A stretch of 64,000 nt of DNA. Source: Auanema rhodensis (lineage: Eukaryota; Animalia; Nematoda). A program made the translations under genes and the position numbers. The notes under the pieces are model-generated. The model was not told where the DNA came from. It did not search any database and was given only the letters and a program-made list of their open reading frames with translations. The stretch lies in contig OZ059897.1 of NCBI GenBank assembly GCA_964057225.1, positions 10,912,001 through 10,976,000 on the forward strand, in the 5' to 3' direction. Positions 37,823 through 52,100 of this stretch are shown here, in pieces. The stretch's first letter is position 1, and every line of letters begins with the position of its first letter.

Positions 37823-38746
37823 TTTTTTGTTTTGAAATTAAAATGCTATAAACATATTGCTTGCTTGTCATGTTAGATTTCTTTAATTCAAATACTTATT
37901 TAAGTTCTAACAATTTTTGATTTAATCACGTTCAATCAACTGTATTGTTTTCAAAAATAAAGACAAAATTCAATTTCTGTTCATTGAATTAGAGTTTTCA
38001 TGTTGTCACACAGAAATTGAAGAATCTTAGTTCAATTCAGTAACAATGAACACACTAACTTTGTTAAGTTGTTGTAATATCGGCCCAAGTAATATAGTGG
38101 TTAGTACTTCACGTTGTGGCCGTGGCGACACAGGTTCGATTCCTGTCTTGGGCATTTTTTGTTTTGAAATTAAAATGCTATAAACATATTGCTTGCTTGT
38201 CATGTTAGATTTCTTTAATTCAAATACTTATTTAAGTTCTAACAATTTTTGATTTAATCACGTTCAATTAACTGTATTGTTTTCAAAAATAAAGACATCT
38301 TTCAATTTCTGGTCATTGAATTAGAATTTTCATGTTGTCACACAGAAATTGAAGAATCTTAGTTCATTTCAGTAACAATGAACAGAATAACTTTGTTTAG
38401 TTGTTGTAATATCGGCCCAAGTAGTATAGTGGTTAGTACTCCACGTTGTGGCCGTGGCGACACAGATTCGATTCCTGTTTTGGGCATTTTTTGTTTTGAA
38501 ATTTAAATGCTATAAAATTATTGCTTGCTTGTCATGTTAGATTTGTTTAATTCAAATACTTATTTAAGTTCCAACAATTTTCGATTAAATCACGTTCATT
38601 TAACTGTATTGTTTTCAAAAATAAAGACAAAATTCAATTTCTGTTCGTTGAATTAGAATTTTCATGTTGTCACACAGAAATTGAAGAATCTTAGTTCATT
38701 TCAGTAACAATGAACAGAATAACTTTGTTTAGTTGTTGTAATATCG

Positions 38747-38818
38747 GCCCAAGTAGTATAGTGGTTAGTACTCCACGTTGTGGCCGTGGCGACACAGGTT
38801 CGATTCCTGTCTTGGGCA
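38747..38818 (+). tRNA. tRNA-His: tRNA-His(GUG), canonical copy
   Basis: Same sequence as the 7800 copy. Confidence 0.93.
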
Positions 38819-39741
38819 TTTTTTGTTTTGAAATTAAAATGCTATAAACATATTGCTTGCTTGTCATGTTAGATTTCTTTAATTAAATACTTATTTAAGT
38901 TCTAACAATTTTTGATTTAATCACGTTCAATCAACTGTATTGTTTTCAAAAATAAAGACAAAATTCAATTTCTGTTCATTGAATTAGAATTTTCATGTTG
39001 TCACACAGAAATTGAAGAATCTTAGTTCATTTCAGTAACAATGAACAGAATAACTTTGTTTAGTTGTTGTAATATCGGCCCAAGTAGTATAGTGGTTAGT
39101 ACTCCACGTTGTGGCCGTGGCGACACAGATTCGATTCCTGTTTTGGGCATTTTTTGTTTTGAAATTTAAATGCTATAAAATTATTGCTTGCTTGTCATGT
39201 TAGATTTGTTTAATTCAAATACTTATTTAAGTTCCAACAATTTTCGATTAAATCACGTTCATTTAACTGTATTGTTTTCAAAAATAAAGACAAAATTCAA
39301 TTTCTGTTCGTTGAATTAGAATTTTCATGTTGTCACACAGAAATTGAAGAATCTTAGTTCAATTCAGTAACAACGAACACACTAACTTTGTTAAGTTGTT
39401 GTAATATCGGCCCAAGTAATATAGTGGTTAGTACTCCACGTTGTGGCCGTGGCGACACAGATTCGATTCCTGTTTTGGGCATTTTTTGTTTTGAAATTTA
39501 AATGCTATAAAATTATTGTTTGCTTGTCATGTTAGATTTGTTTAATTCAAATACTTATTTAAGTTCCAACAATTTTCGATTAAATCACGTTCTTTTAACT
39601 GTATTGTTTTCAAAAATAAAGACAAAATTCAATTTCTGTTCGTTGAATTAGAATTTTCATGTTGTCACACAGAAATTGAAGAATCTTAGTTCAATTCAGT
39701 AACAACGAACACACTAACTTTGTTAAATTGTTGTAATATCG

Positions 39742-39813
39742 GCCCAAGTAATATAGTGGTTAGTACTCCACGTTTTGGCCGTGGCGACACAGATTCGATT
39801 CCTGTTTTGGGCA
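39742..39813 (+). pseudogene. tRNA-His body with anticodon TTG (Gln), plus G10A, G53A, C66T
   Basis: CCACG TT TTG GC CGTGG; anticodon at 39775-39777. Confidence 0.85.
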
Positions 39814-40075
39814 TTTTTTGTTTTGAAATTTAAATGCTATAAAATTATTGCTTGCTTGTCATGTTAGATTTTTTTTCAATTTGAATACTTATTCAAGTTT
39901 TAACAATTTTGGATTTAATCACGTTCAATCAACTGTATTGTTTTCAAAAATAAAGATATCTTTCAATTTCTGGTCATTGAATTAGAATTTTCATGTTGTC
40001 ACACAGAAATTGAAGAATCTTAGTTCATTTCAGTAACAATGAACACACTAACTTTGTTAAGTTGTTGTAATATCA

Positions 40076-40147
40076 GCCCAAGTAGTATAGTGGTTAGTAC
40101 TCCACGTTGTGGCCGTGGCGACACAGGTTCGATTCCTGTTTTGGGCA
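40076..40147 (+). tRNA. tRNA-His: tRNA-His(GUG) isodecoder with A at -1 and G7.U66 wobble; boxes intact
   Basis: TATCA-GCCCAAG ... GGTTCGATTCCTGT-TTTGGGCA; the same type occurs at 42400, 44392, 46052, 59335 and 61326. Confidence 0.85.
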
Positions 40148-41071
40148 TTTTTTGTTTTGAAATTAAAATGCTATAAAATTATTGCTTGCTTGTCATGTTA
40201 GATTTCTTTAATTTGAATACTTATTCAAGTTATAACAATTTTTGATTTAATCACGTTCAATCAACTGTATTGTTTTCAAAAATAAAGACATCATCCAATT
40301 TCTGGTCATTGAATTAGAATTTTCATGTTGTCACACAGAAATTGAAGAATCTTAGTTCATTTCAGTAACAATGAACACACTAACTTTGTTAAGTTGTTGT
40401 AATATCGGCCCAAGTAGGATAGTGGTTAGTACTCCACGTTGTGGCCGTGGCGACACAGATTCGATTCCTGTCTTGGGCATTTTTTGTTTTGAAATTAAAA
40501 TGCTATAAACATATTGCTTGCTTGTCATGTTAGATTTGTTTAATTCAAATACTTATTTAAGTTCTAACAATTTTCGATTTAATCACGTTCATTTAACTGT
40601 ATTGTTTTCAAAAATAAAGACATCTTTCAATTTCTGGTCATTGAATTTGAATTTTCATGTTGTCACACAGAAATTGAAGAATCTTAGTTCATTTCAGTAA
40701 CAATGAACACACTAACTTTGTTAAGTTGTTGTAATATCGGCCCAAGTAGTATAGTGGTTAGTACTCCACGTTGTGGCCGTGGCGACACAGATTCGATTCC
40801 TGTCTTGGGCATTTTTTGTTTTGAAATTAAAATGCTATAAACATATTGCTTGCTTGTCATGTTAGATTTGTTTAATTCAAATACTTATTTAAGTTCTAAC
40901 AATTTTCGATTTAATCACGTTCAATCAACTGTATTGTTTTCAAAAATAAAGACATCTTTCAATTTCTGGTCATTGAATTTGAATTTTCATGTTGTCACAC
41001 AGAAATTGAAGAATCTTAGTTCATTTCAGTAACAATGAACACACTAACTTTGTTAAGTTGTTGTAATATCG

Positions 41072-41143
41072 GCCCAAGTAGTATAGTGGTTAGTACTCCA
41101 CGTTGTGGCCGTGGCGACACAGGTTCGATTCCTGTCTTGGGCA
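41072..41143 (+). tRNA. tRNA-His: tRNA-His(GUG), canonical copy
   Basis: Same sequence as the 7800 copy. Confidence 0.93.
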
Positions 41144-42731
41144 TTTTTTGTTTTGAAATTTAAATGCTATAAAATTATTGCTTGCTTGTCATGTTAGATT
41201 TGTTTAATTCAAATACTTATTTAAGTTCCAACAATTTTCGATTAAATCACGTTCATTTAACTGTATTGTTTTCAAAAATAAAGACAAAATTCAATTTCTG
41301 TTCGTTGAATTAGAATTTTCATGTTGTCACACAGAAATTGAAGAATCTTAGTTCAATTCAGTAACAACGAACACACTAACTTTGTTAAGTTGTTGTAATA
41401 TCGGCCCAAGTAATATAGTGGTTAGTACTCCACGTTGTGGCCGTGGCGACACAGATTCGATTCCTGTTTTGGGCATTTTTTGTTTTGAAATTTAAATGCT
41501 ATAAAATTATTGTTTGCTTGTCATGTTAGATTTGTTTAATTCAAATACTTATTTAAGTTCCAACAATTTTCGATTAAATCACGTTCTTTTAACTGTATTG
41601 TTTTCAAAAATAAAGACAAAATTCAATTTCTGTTCGTTGAATTAGAATTTTCATGTTGTCACACAGAAATTGAAGAATCTTAGTTCAATTCAGTAACAAC
41701 GAACACACTAACTTTGTTAAATTGTTGTAATATCGGCCCAAGTAGTATAGTGGTCAGTACTCCACGTTGTGGCCGTGGCGACACAGATTCGATTCCTGTT
41801 TTGGGCATTTTTTGTTTTGAAATTTAAATGCTATAAAATTATTGCTTGCTTGTCATGTTAGATTTGTTTAATTCAAATACTTATTTAAGTTCTAACAATT
41901 TTTGATTTAATCACGTTCAATCAACTGTATTGTTTTCAAAAATAAAGACAAAATTCAATTTCTGTTCATTGAATTAGAATTTTCATGTTGTCACACAGAA
42001 ATTGAAGAATCTTAGTTCATTTCAGTAACAATGAACACACTAACTTTGTTAAGTTGTTGTAATATCGGCCCAAGTAGGATAGTGGTTAGTACTCCACGTT
42101 GTGGCCGTGGCGACACAGATTCGATTCCTGTCTTGGGCATTTTTTGTTTTGAAATTAAAATGCTATAAACATATTGCTTGCTTGTCATGTTAGATTTGTT
42201 TAATTCAAATACTTATTTAAGTTCTAACAATTTTCGATTTAATCACGTTCATTTAACTGTATTGTTTTCAAAAATAAAGACAAAATTCAATTTCTGTTCG
42301 TTGAATTAGAATTTTCATGTTGTCACACAGAAATTGAAGAATCTTAGTTCAATTCAGTAACAATGAACACAATAACTTTGTTAAGTTGTTGTAATATCAG
42401 CCCAAGTAGTATAGTGGTTAGTACTCCACGTTGTGGCCGTGGCGACACAGGTTCGATTCCTGTTTTGGGCATTTTTTGTTTTGAAATTAAAATGCTACAA
42501 AATTATTGCTTGCTTGTCATGTTAGATTTCTTTAATTTGAATACTTATTCAAGTTATAACAATTTTTGATTTAATCACGTTCAATCAACTGTATTGTTTT
42601 CAAAAATAAAGACATCATCCAATTTCTGGTCATTGAATTAGAATTTTCATGTTGTCACACAGAAATTGAAGAATCTTAGTTCATTTCAGTAACAATGAAC
42701 ACACTAACTTTGTTAAGTTGTTGTAATATCG

Positions 42732-42803
42732 GCCCAAGTAGTATAGTGGTTAGTACTCCACGTTGTGGCCGTGGCGACACAGGTTCGATTCCTGTCTTGG
42801 GCA
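42732..42803 (+). tRNA. tRNA-His: tRNA-His(GUG), canonical copy
   Basis: Same sequence as the 7800 copy. Confidence 0.93.
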
Positions 42804-44723
42804 TTTTTTGTTTTGAAATTTAAATGCTATAAAATTATTGCTTGCTTGTCATGTTAGATTTTTTTAATTTGAATACTTTTTCAAGTTTTAACAATTTTGG
42901 ATTTAATCACGTTCAATCAACTGTATTGTTTTCAAAAATAAAGACATCTTTCAATTTCTGGTCATTGAATTTGAATTTTCATGTTGTCACACAGAAATTG
43001 AAGAATCTTAGTTCATTTCAGTAACAATGAACACACTAACTTTGTTAAGTTGTTGTAATATCGGCCCAAGTAGTATAGTGGTTAGTACTCCACGTTGTGG
43101 CCGTGGCGACACAGATTCGATTCCTGTCTTGGGCATTTTTTGTTTTGAAATTAAAATGCTATAAACATATTGCTTGCTTGTCATGTTAGATTTGTTTAAT
43201 TCAAATACTTATTTAAGTTCTAACAATTTTCGATTTAATCACGTTCAATCAACTGTATTGTTTTCAAAAATAAAGACATCTTTCAATTTCTGGTCATTGA
43301 ATTAGAATTTTCATGTTGTCACACAGAAATTGAAGAATCTTAGTTCAATTCAGTAACAACGAACACACTAACTTTGTTAAGTTGTTGTAATATCGGCCCA
43401 AGTAATATAGTGGTTAGTACTCCACGTTGTGGCCGTGGCGACACAGATTCGATTCCTGTTTTGGGCATTTTTTGTTTTGAAATTTAAATGCTATAAAATT
43501 ATTGTTTGCTTGTCATGTTAGATTTGTTTAATTCAAATACTTATTTAAGTTCCAACAATTTTCGATTAAATCACGTTCTTTTAACTGTATTGTTTTCAAA
43601 AATAAAGACAAAATTCAATTTCTGTTCGTTGAATTAGAATTTTCATGTTGTCACACAGAAATTGAAGAATCTTAGTTCAATTCAGTAACAACGAACACAC
43701 TAACTTTGTTAAATTGTTGTGATATCGGCCCAAGTAGTATAGTGGTCAGTACTCCACGTTGTGGCCGTGGCGACACAGATTCGATTCCTGTTTTGGGCAT
43801 TTTTTGTTTTGAAATTTAAATGCTATAAAATTATTGCTTGCTTGTCATGTTAGATTTGTTTAATTCAAATACTTATTTAAGTTCTAACAATTTTTGATTT
43901 AATCACGTTCAATCAACTGTATTGTTTTCAAAAATAAAGACAAAATTCAATTTCTGTTCATTGAATTAGAATTTTCATGTTGTCACACAGAAATTGAAGA
44001 ATCTTAGTTCATTTCAGTAACAATGAACACACTAACTTTGTTAAGTTGTTGTAATATCGGCCCAAGTAGGATAGTGGTTAGTACTCCACGTTGTGGCCGT
44101 GGCGACACAGATTCGATTCCTGTCTTGGGCATTTTTTGTTTTGAAATTAAAATGCTATAAACATATTGCTTGCTTGTCATGTTAGATTTGTTTAATTCAA
44201 ATACTTATTTAAGTTCTAACAATTTTCGATTTAATCACGTTCATTTAACTGTATTGTTTTCAAAAATAAAGACAAAATTCAATTTCTGTTCGTTGAATTA
44301 GAATTTTCATGTTGTCACACAGAAATTGAAGAATCTTAGTTCAATTCAGTAACAATGAACACAATAACTTTGTTAAGTTGTTGTAATATCAGCCCAAGTA
44401 GTATAGTGGTTAGTACTCCACGTTGTGGCCGTGGCGACACAGGTTCGATTCCTGTTTTGGGCATTTTTTGTTTTGAAATTAAAATGCTACAAAATTATTG
44501 CTTGCTTGTCATGTTAGATTTCTTTAATTTGAATACTTATTCAAGTTATAACAATTTTTGATTTAATCACGTTCAATCAACTGTATTGTTTTCAAAAATA
44601 AAGACATCATCCAATTTCTGGTCATTGAATTAGAATTTTCATGTTGTCACACAGAAATTGAAGAATCTTAGTTCATTTCAGTAACAATGAACACACTAAC
44701 TTTGTTAAGTTGTTGTAATATCG

Positions 44724-44795
44724 GCCCAAGTAGTATAGTGGTTAGTACTCCACGTTGTGGCCGTGGCGACACAGGTTCGATTCCTGTCTTGGGCA
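44724..44795 (+). tRNA. tRNA-His: tRNA-His(GUG), canonical copy
   Basis: Same sequence as the 7800 copy. Confidence 0.93.
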
Positions 44796-47047
44796 TTTTT
44801 TGTTTTGAAATTTAAATGCTATAAAATTATTGCTTGCTTGTCATGTTAGATTTTTTTAATTTGAATACTTTTTCAAGTTTTAACAATTTTGGATTTAATC
44901 ACGTTCAATCAACTGTATTGTTTTCAAAAATAAAGACATCTTTCAATTTCTGGTCATTGAATTTGAATTTTCATGTTGTCACACAGAAATTGAAGAATCT
45001 TAGTTCATTTCAGTAACAATGAACACACTAACTTTGTTAAGTTGTTGTAATATCGGCCCAAGTAGTATAGTGGTTAGTACTCCACGTTGTGGCCGTGGCG
45101 ACACAGATTCGATTCCTGTCTTGGGCATTTTTTGTTTTGAAATTTAAATGCTATAAAATTATTGCTTGCTTGTCATGTTAGATTTGTTTAATTCAAATAC
45201 TTATTTAAGTTCCAACAATTTTCGATTAAATCACGTTCATTTAACTGTATTGTTTTCAAAAATAAAGACAAAATTCAATTTCTGTTCGTTGAATTAGAAT
45301 TTTCATGTTGTCACACAGAAATTGAAGAATCTTAGTTCAATTCAGTAACAACGAACACACTAACTTTGTTAAGTTGTTGTAATATCGGCCCAAGTAATAT
45401 AGTGGTTAGTACTCCACGTTGTGGCCGTGGCGACACAGATTCGATTCCTGTTTTGGGCATTTTTTGTTTTGAAATTTAAATGCTATAAAATTATTGTTTG
45501 CTTGTCATGTTAGATTTGTTTAATTCAAATACTTATTTAAGTTCCAACAATTTTCGATTAAATCACGTTCTTTTAACTGTATTGTTTTCAAAAATAAAGA
45601 CAAAATTCAATTTCTGTTCGTTGAATTAGAATTTTCATGTTGTCACACAGAAATTGAAGAATCTTAGTTCAATTCAGTAACAACGAACACACTAACTTTG
45701 TTAAATTGTTGTAATATCGGCCCAAGTAATATAGTGGTTAGTACTCCACGTTGTGGCCGTGGCGACACAGGTTCGATTCCTGTTTTGGGCATTTTTTGTT
45801 TTGAAACTTAAATGCTATAAAATTATTGCTTGCTTGTCATGTTAGATTTGTTTAATTCAAATACTTATTTAAGTTCTAACAATTTTTGATTTAATCACGT
45901 TCAATCAACTGTATTGTTTTCAAAAATAAAGATATCTTTCAATTTCTGGTCATTGAATTAGAATTTTCATGTTGTCACACAGAAATTGAAGAATCTTAGT
46001 TCATTTCAGTAACAATGAACACACTAACTTTGTTAAGTTGTTGTAATATCAGCCCAAGTAGTATAGTGGTTAGTACTCCACGTTGTGGCCGTGGCGACAC
46101 AGGTTCGATTCCTGTTTTGGGCATTTTTTGTTTTGAAACTTAAATGCTATAAAATTATTGCTTGCTTGTCATGTTAGATTTGTTTAATTCAAATACTTAT
46201 TTAAGTTCTAACAATTTTTGATTTAATCACGTTCAATCAACTGTATTGTTTTCAAAAATAAAGACAAAATTCAATTTCTGTTCATTGAATTAGAATTTTC
46301 ATGTTGTCACACAGAAATTGAAGAATCTTAGTTCATTTCAGTAACAATGAACACACTAACTTTGTTCAGTTGTTGTAATATCGGCCCAAGTAGGATAGTG
46401 GTTAGTACTCCACGTTGTGGCCGTGGCGACACAGATTCGATTCCTGTCTTGGGCATTTTTTGTTTTGAAATTAAAATGCTATAAACATATTGCTTGCTTG
46501 TCATGTTAGATTTGTTTAATTCAAATACTTATTTAAGTTCTAACAATTTTCGATTTAATCACGTTCATTTAACTGTATTGTTTTCAAAAATAAAGACAAA
46601 ATTCAATTTCTGGTCATTGAATTAGAATTTTCATGTTGTCACACAGAAATTGAAGAATCTTAGTTCATTTCAGTAACAATGAACACACTAACTTTGTTAA
46701 GTTGTTGTAATATCGGCCCAAGTAGTATAGTGGTTAGTACTCCACGTTGTGGCCGTGGCGACACAGGTTCGATACCTGTTTTGGGCATTTTTTGTTTTGA
46801 AATTAAAATGCTACAAAATTATTGCTTGCTTGTCATGTTAGATTTTTTTAATTTGAATACTTTTTCAAGTTTTAACAATTTTGGATTTAATCACGTTCAA
46901 TCAACTGTATTGTTTTCAAAAATAAAGACATCTTTCAATTTCTGGTCATTGAATTTGAATTTTCATGTTGTCACACAGAAATTGAAGAATCTTAGTTCAT
47001 TTCAGTAACAATGAACACACTAACTTTGTTAAGTTGTTGTAATATCG

Positions 47048-47119
47048 GCCCAAGTAGTATAGTGGTTAGTACTCCACGTTGTGGCCGTGGCGACACAGGT
47101 TCGATTCCTGTCTTGGGCA
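47048..47119 (+). tRNA. tRNA-His: tRNA-His(GUG), canonical copy
   Basis: Same sequence as the 7800 copy. Confidence 0.93.
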
Positions 47120-49703
47120 TTTTTTGTTTTGAAATTTAAATGCTATAAAATTATTGCTTGCTTGTCATGTTAGATTTGTTTAATTCAAATACTTATTTAA
47201 GTTCCAACAATTTTCGATTAAATCACGTTCATTTAACTGTATTGTTTTCAAAAATAAAGACAAAATTCAATTTCTGTTCGTTGAATTAGAATTTTCATGT
47301 TGTCACACAGAAATTGAAGAATCTTAGTTCAATTCAGTAACAACGAACACACTAACTTTGTTAAGTTGTTGTAATATCGGCCCAAGTAATATAGTGGTTA
47401 GTACTCCACGTTGTGGCCGTGGCGACACAGATTCGATTCCTGTTTTGGGCATTTTTTGTTTTGAAATTTAAATGCTATAAAATTATTGTTTGCTTGTCAT
47501 GTTAGATTTGTTTAATTCAAATACTTATTTAAGTTCCAACAATTTTCGATTAAATCACGTTCTTTTAACTGTATTGTTTTCAAAAATAAAGACAAAATTC
47601 AATTTCTGTTCGTTGAATTAGAATTTTCATGTTGTCACACAGAAATTGAAGAATCTTAGTTCAATTCAGTAACAACAAACACACTAACTTTGTTAAATTG
47701 TTGTAATATCGGCCCAAGTAATATAGTGGTTAGTACTCCACGTTGTGGCCGTGGCGACACAGGTTCGATTCCTGTTTTGGGCATTTTTTGTTTTGAAACT
47801 TAAATGCTATAAAATTATTGCTTGCTTGTCATGTTAGATTTGTTTAATTCAAATACTTATTTAAGTTCTAACAATTTTTGATTTAATCACGTTCAATCAA
47901 CTGTATTGTTTTCAAAAATAAAGATATCTTTCAATTTCTGGTCATTGAATTAGAATTTTCATGTTGTCACACAGAAATTGAAGAATCTTAGTTCATTTCA
48001 GTAACAATGAACACACTAACTTTGTTAAGTTGTTGTAATATCAGCCCAAGTAGTATAGTGGTTAGTACTCCACGTTGTGGCCGTGGCGATACAGGTTCGA
48101 TTCCTGTTTTGGGCATTTTTTGTTTTGAAACTTAAATGCTATAAAATTATTGCTTGCTTGTCATGTTAGATTTGTTTAATTCAAATACTTATTTAAGTTC
48201 TAACAATTTTTGATTTAATCACGTTCAATCAACTGTATTGTTTTCAAAAATAAAGACAAAATTCAATTTCTGTTCATTGAATTAGAATTTTCATGTTGTC
48301 ACACAGAAATTGAAGAATCTTAGTTCATTTCAGTAACAATGAACACACTAACTTTGTTCAGTTGTTGTAATATCGGCCCAAGTAGGATAGTGGTTAGTAC
48401 TCCACGTTGTGGCCGTGGCGACACAGATTCGATTCCTGTCTTGGGCATTTTTTGTTTTGAAATTAAAATGCTATAAACATATTGCTTGCTTGTCATGTTA
48501 GATTTGTTTAATTCAAATACTTATTTAAGTTCTAACAATTTTCGATTTAATCACGTTCATTTAACTGTATTGTTTTCAAAAATAAAGACAAAATTCAATT
48601 TCTGTTCGTTGAATTAGAATTTTCATGTTGTCACACAGAAATTGAAGAATCTTAGTTCAATTCAGTAACAATGAACACAATAACTTTGTTAAGTTGTTGT
48701 AATATCAGCCCAAGTAGTATAGTGGTTAGTACTCCACGTTGTGGCCGTGGCGACACAGGTTCGATACCTGTTTTGGGCATTTTTTGTTTTGAAATTAAAA
48801 TGCTACAAAATTATTGCTTGCTTGTCATGTTAGATTTCTTTAATTTGAATACTTATTCAAGTTATAACAATTTTTGATTTAATCACGTTCAATCAACTGT
48901 ATTGTTTTCAAAAATAAAGACATCATCCAATTTCTGGTCATTGAATTAGAATTTTCATGTTGTCACACAGAAATTGAAGAATCTTAGTTCATTTCAGTAA
49001 CAATGAACACACTAACTTTGTTAAGTTGTTGTAATATCGGCCCAAGTAGTATAGTGGTTAGTACTCCACGTTGTGGCCGTGGCGACACAGGTTCGATACC
49101 TGTTTTGGGCATTTTTTGTTTTGAAATTAAAATGCTACAAAATTATTGCTTGCTTGTCATGTTAGATTTTTTTAATTTGAATACTTTTTCAAGTTTTAAC
49201 AATTTTGGATTTAATCACGTTCAATCAACTGTATTGTTTTCAAAAATAAAGACATCTTTCAATTTCTGGTCATTGAATTTGAATTTTCATGTTGTCACAC
49301 AGAAATTGAAGAATCTTAGTTCATTTCAGTAACAATGAACACACTAACTTTGTTAAGTTGTTGTAATATCGGCCCAAGTAGTATAGTGGTTAGTACTCCA
49401 CGTTGTGGCCGTGGCGACACAGATTCGATTCCTGTCTTGGGCATTTTTTGTTTTGAAATTAAAATGCTATAAACATATTGCTTGCTTGTCATGTTAGATT
49501 TGTTTAATTCAAATACTTATTTAAGTTCTAACAATTTTCGATTTAATCACGTTCAATCAACTGTATTGTTTTCAAAAATAAAGACATCTTTCAATTTCTG
49601 GTCATTGAATTAGAATTTTCATGTTGTCACACAGAAATTGAAGAATCTTAGTTCATTTCAGTAACAATGAACACACTAACTTTGTTAAGTTGTTGTAATA
49701 TCG

Positions 49704-49775
49704 GCCCAAGTAGTATAGTGGTTAGTACTCCACGTTGTGGCCGTGGCGACACAGGTTCGATTCCTGTCTTGGGCA
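49704..49775 (+). tRNA. tRNA-His: tRNA-His(GUG), canonical copy
   Basis: Same sequence as the 7800 copy. Confidence 0.93.
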
Positions 49776-50700
49776 TTTTTTGTTTTGAAATTTAAATGCT
49801 ATAAAACTATTGCTTGCTTGTCATGTTAGATTTTTTTAATTTGAATACTTATTCAAGTTTTAACAATTTTGGATTTAATCACGTTCAATCAACTGTATTG
49901 TTTTCAAAAATAAAGACATCTTTCAATTTCTGGTCATTGAATTTGAATTTTCATGTTGTCACACAGAAATTGAAGAATCTTAGTTCATTTCAGTAACAAT
50001 GAACGCACTAACTTTGTTAAGTTGTTGTAATATCAGCCCAAGTAGTATAGTGGTTAGTACTCCACGTTGTGGCCGTGGCGACACAGATTCGATTCCTGTC
50101 TTGGGCATTTTTTGTTTTGAAATTAAAATGCTATAAACATATTGCTTGCTTGTCATGTTAGATTTGTTTAATTCAAATACTTATTTAAGTTCTACCAATT
50201 TTCGATTTAATCACGTTCAATCAACTGTATTGTTTTCAAAAATAAAGACATCTTTCAATTTCTGGTCATTGAATTAGAATTTTCATGTTGTCACACAGAA
50301 ATTGAAGAATGTTAGTTCATTTCAGTAACAATGAACACACTAACTTTGTTAAGTTGTTGTAATATCGGCCCAAGTAGTATAGTGGTCAGTACTCCACGTT
50401 GTGGCCGTGGCGACACAGATTCGATTCCTGTCTTGGGCATTTTTTGTTTCGAAATTAAAATGCTATAAACATATTGCTTGCTTGTCATGTTAGATTTCTT
50501 TAATTCAAATACATATTTAAGTTCTAACAATTTTTGATTTAATCACGTTCAATTAACTGTATTTTTTTTCAAAAATAAAGACAAAATTCAATTTCTGTTC
50601 ATTGAATTAGAATTTTCATGTTGTCACACAGAAAATGAAGAATCTTAGTTCATTTCAGTAACAATGAACAGAATAACTTTGTTTAGTTGTTGTAATATCG

Positions 50701-50772
50701 GCCCAAGTAGTATAGTGGTTAGTACTCCACGTTGTGGCCGTGGCGACACAGGTTCGATTCCTGTCTTGGGCA
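50701..50772 (+). tRNA. tRNA-His: tRNA-His(GUG), canonical copy
   Basis: Same sequence as the 7800 copy. Confidence 0.93.
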
Positions 50773-51032
50773 TTTTTTGTTTTGAAATTAAAATGCTACA
50801 AAATTATTGCTTGCTTGTCATGTTAGATTTCTTTAATTCAAATACATATTTAAGTTCTAACATTTTTTGATTTAATCACGTTCAATTAACTGTATTGTTT
50901 TCAAAAATAAAGACATCATCCAATTTCTGGTCATTGAATTAGAATTTTCATGTTGTCACACAGAAATTGAAGAATCTTAGTTCATTTCAGTAACAATGAA
51001 CACACTAACTTTGTTAAGTTGTTGTAATATCG

Positions 51033-51104
51033 GCCCAAGTAGTATAGTGGTTAGTACTCCACGTTGTGGCCGTGGCGACACAGGTTCGATTCCTGTCTTG
51101 GGCA
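51033..51104 (+). tRNA. tRNA-His: tRNA-His(GUG), canonical copy
   Basis: Same sequence as the 7800 copy. Confidence 0.93.
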
Positions 51105-51696
51105 TTTTTTGTTTTGAAATTTAAATGCTATAAAATTATTGCTTGCTTGTCATGTTAGATTTTTTTAATTTGAATACTTTTTCAAGTTTTAACAATTTTG
51201 GATTTAATCACGTTCAATCAACTGTATTGTTTTCAAAAATAAAGACATCTTTCAATTTCTGGTCATTGAATTTGAATTTTCATGTTGTCACACAGAAATT
51301 GAAGAATCTTAGTTCATTTCAGTAACAATGAACACACTAACTTTGTTAAGTTGTTGTAATATCGGCCCAAGTAGTATAGTGGTTAGTACTCCACGTTGTG
51401 GCCGTGGCGACACAGATTCGATTCCTGTCTTGGGCATTTTTTGTTTTGAAATTAAAATGCTATAAACATATTGCTTGCTTGTCATGTTAGATTTGTTTAA
51501 TTCAAATACTTATTTAAGTTCTAACAATTTTCGATTTAATCACGTTCAATCAACTGTATTGTTTTCAAAAATAAAGACATCTTTCAATTTCTGGTCATTG
51601 AATTAGAATTTTCATGTTGTCACACAGAAATTGAAGAATCTTAGTTCATTTCAGTAACAATGAACACACTAACTTTGTTAAGTTGTTGTAATATCG

Positions 51697-51768
51697 GCCC
51701 AAGTAGTATAGTGGTTAGTACTCCACGTTGTGGCCGTGGCGACACAGGTTCGATTCCTGTCTTGGGCA
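51697..51768 (+). tRNA. tRNA-His: tRNA-His(GUG), canonical copy
   Basis: Same sequence as the 7800 copy. Confidence 0.93.
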
Positions 51769-52028
51769 TTTTTTGTTTTGAAATTTAAATGCTATAAAAC
51801 TATTGCTTGCTTGTCATGTTAGATTTTTTTAATTTGAATACTTATTCAAGTTTTAACAATTTTGGATTTAATCACGTTCAATCAACTGTATTGTTTTCAA
51901 AAATAAAGACATCTTTCAATTTCTGGTCATTGAATTTGAATTTTCATGTTGTCACACAGAAATTGAAGAATCTTAGTTCATTTCAGTAACAATGAACGCA
52001 CTAACTTTGTTAAGTTGTTGTAATATCG

Positions 52029-52100
52029 GCCCAAGTAGTATAGTGGTTAGTACTCCACGTTGTGGCCGTGGCGACACAGGTTCGATTCCTGTCTTGGGCA
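52029..52100 (+). tRNA. tRNA-His: tRNA-His(GUG), canonical copy
   Basis: Same sequence as the 7800 copy. Confidence 0.93.
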
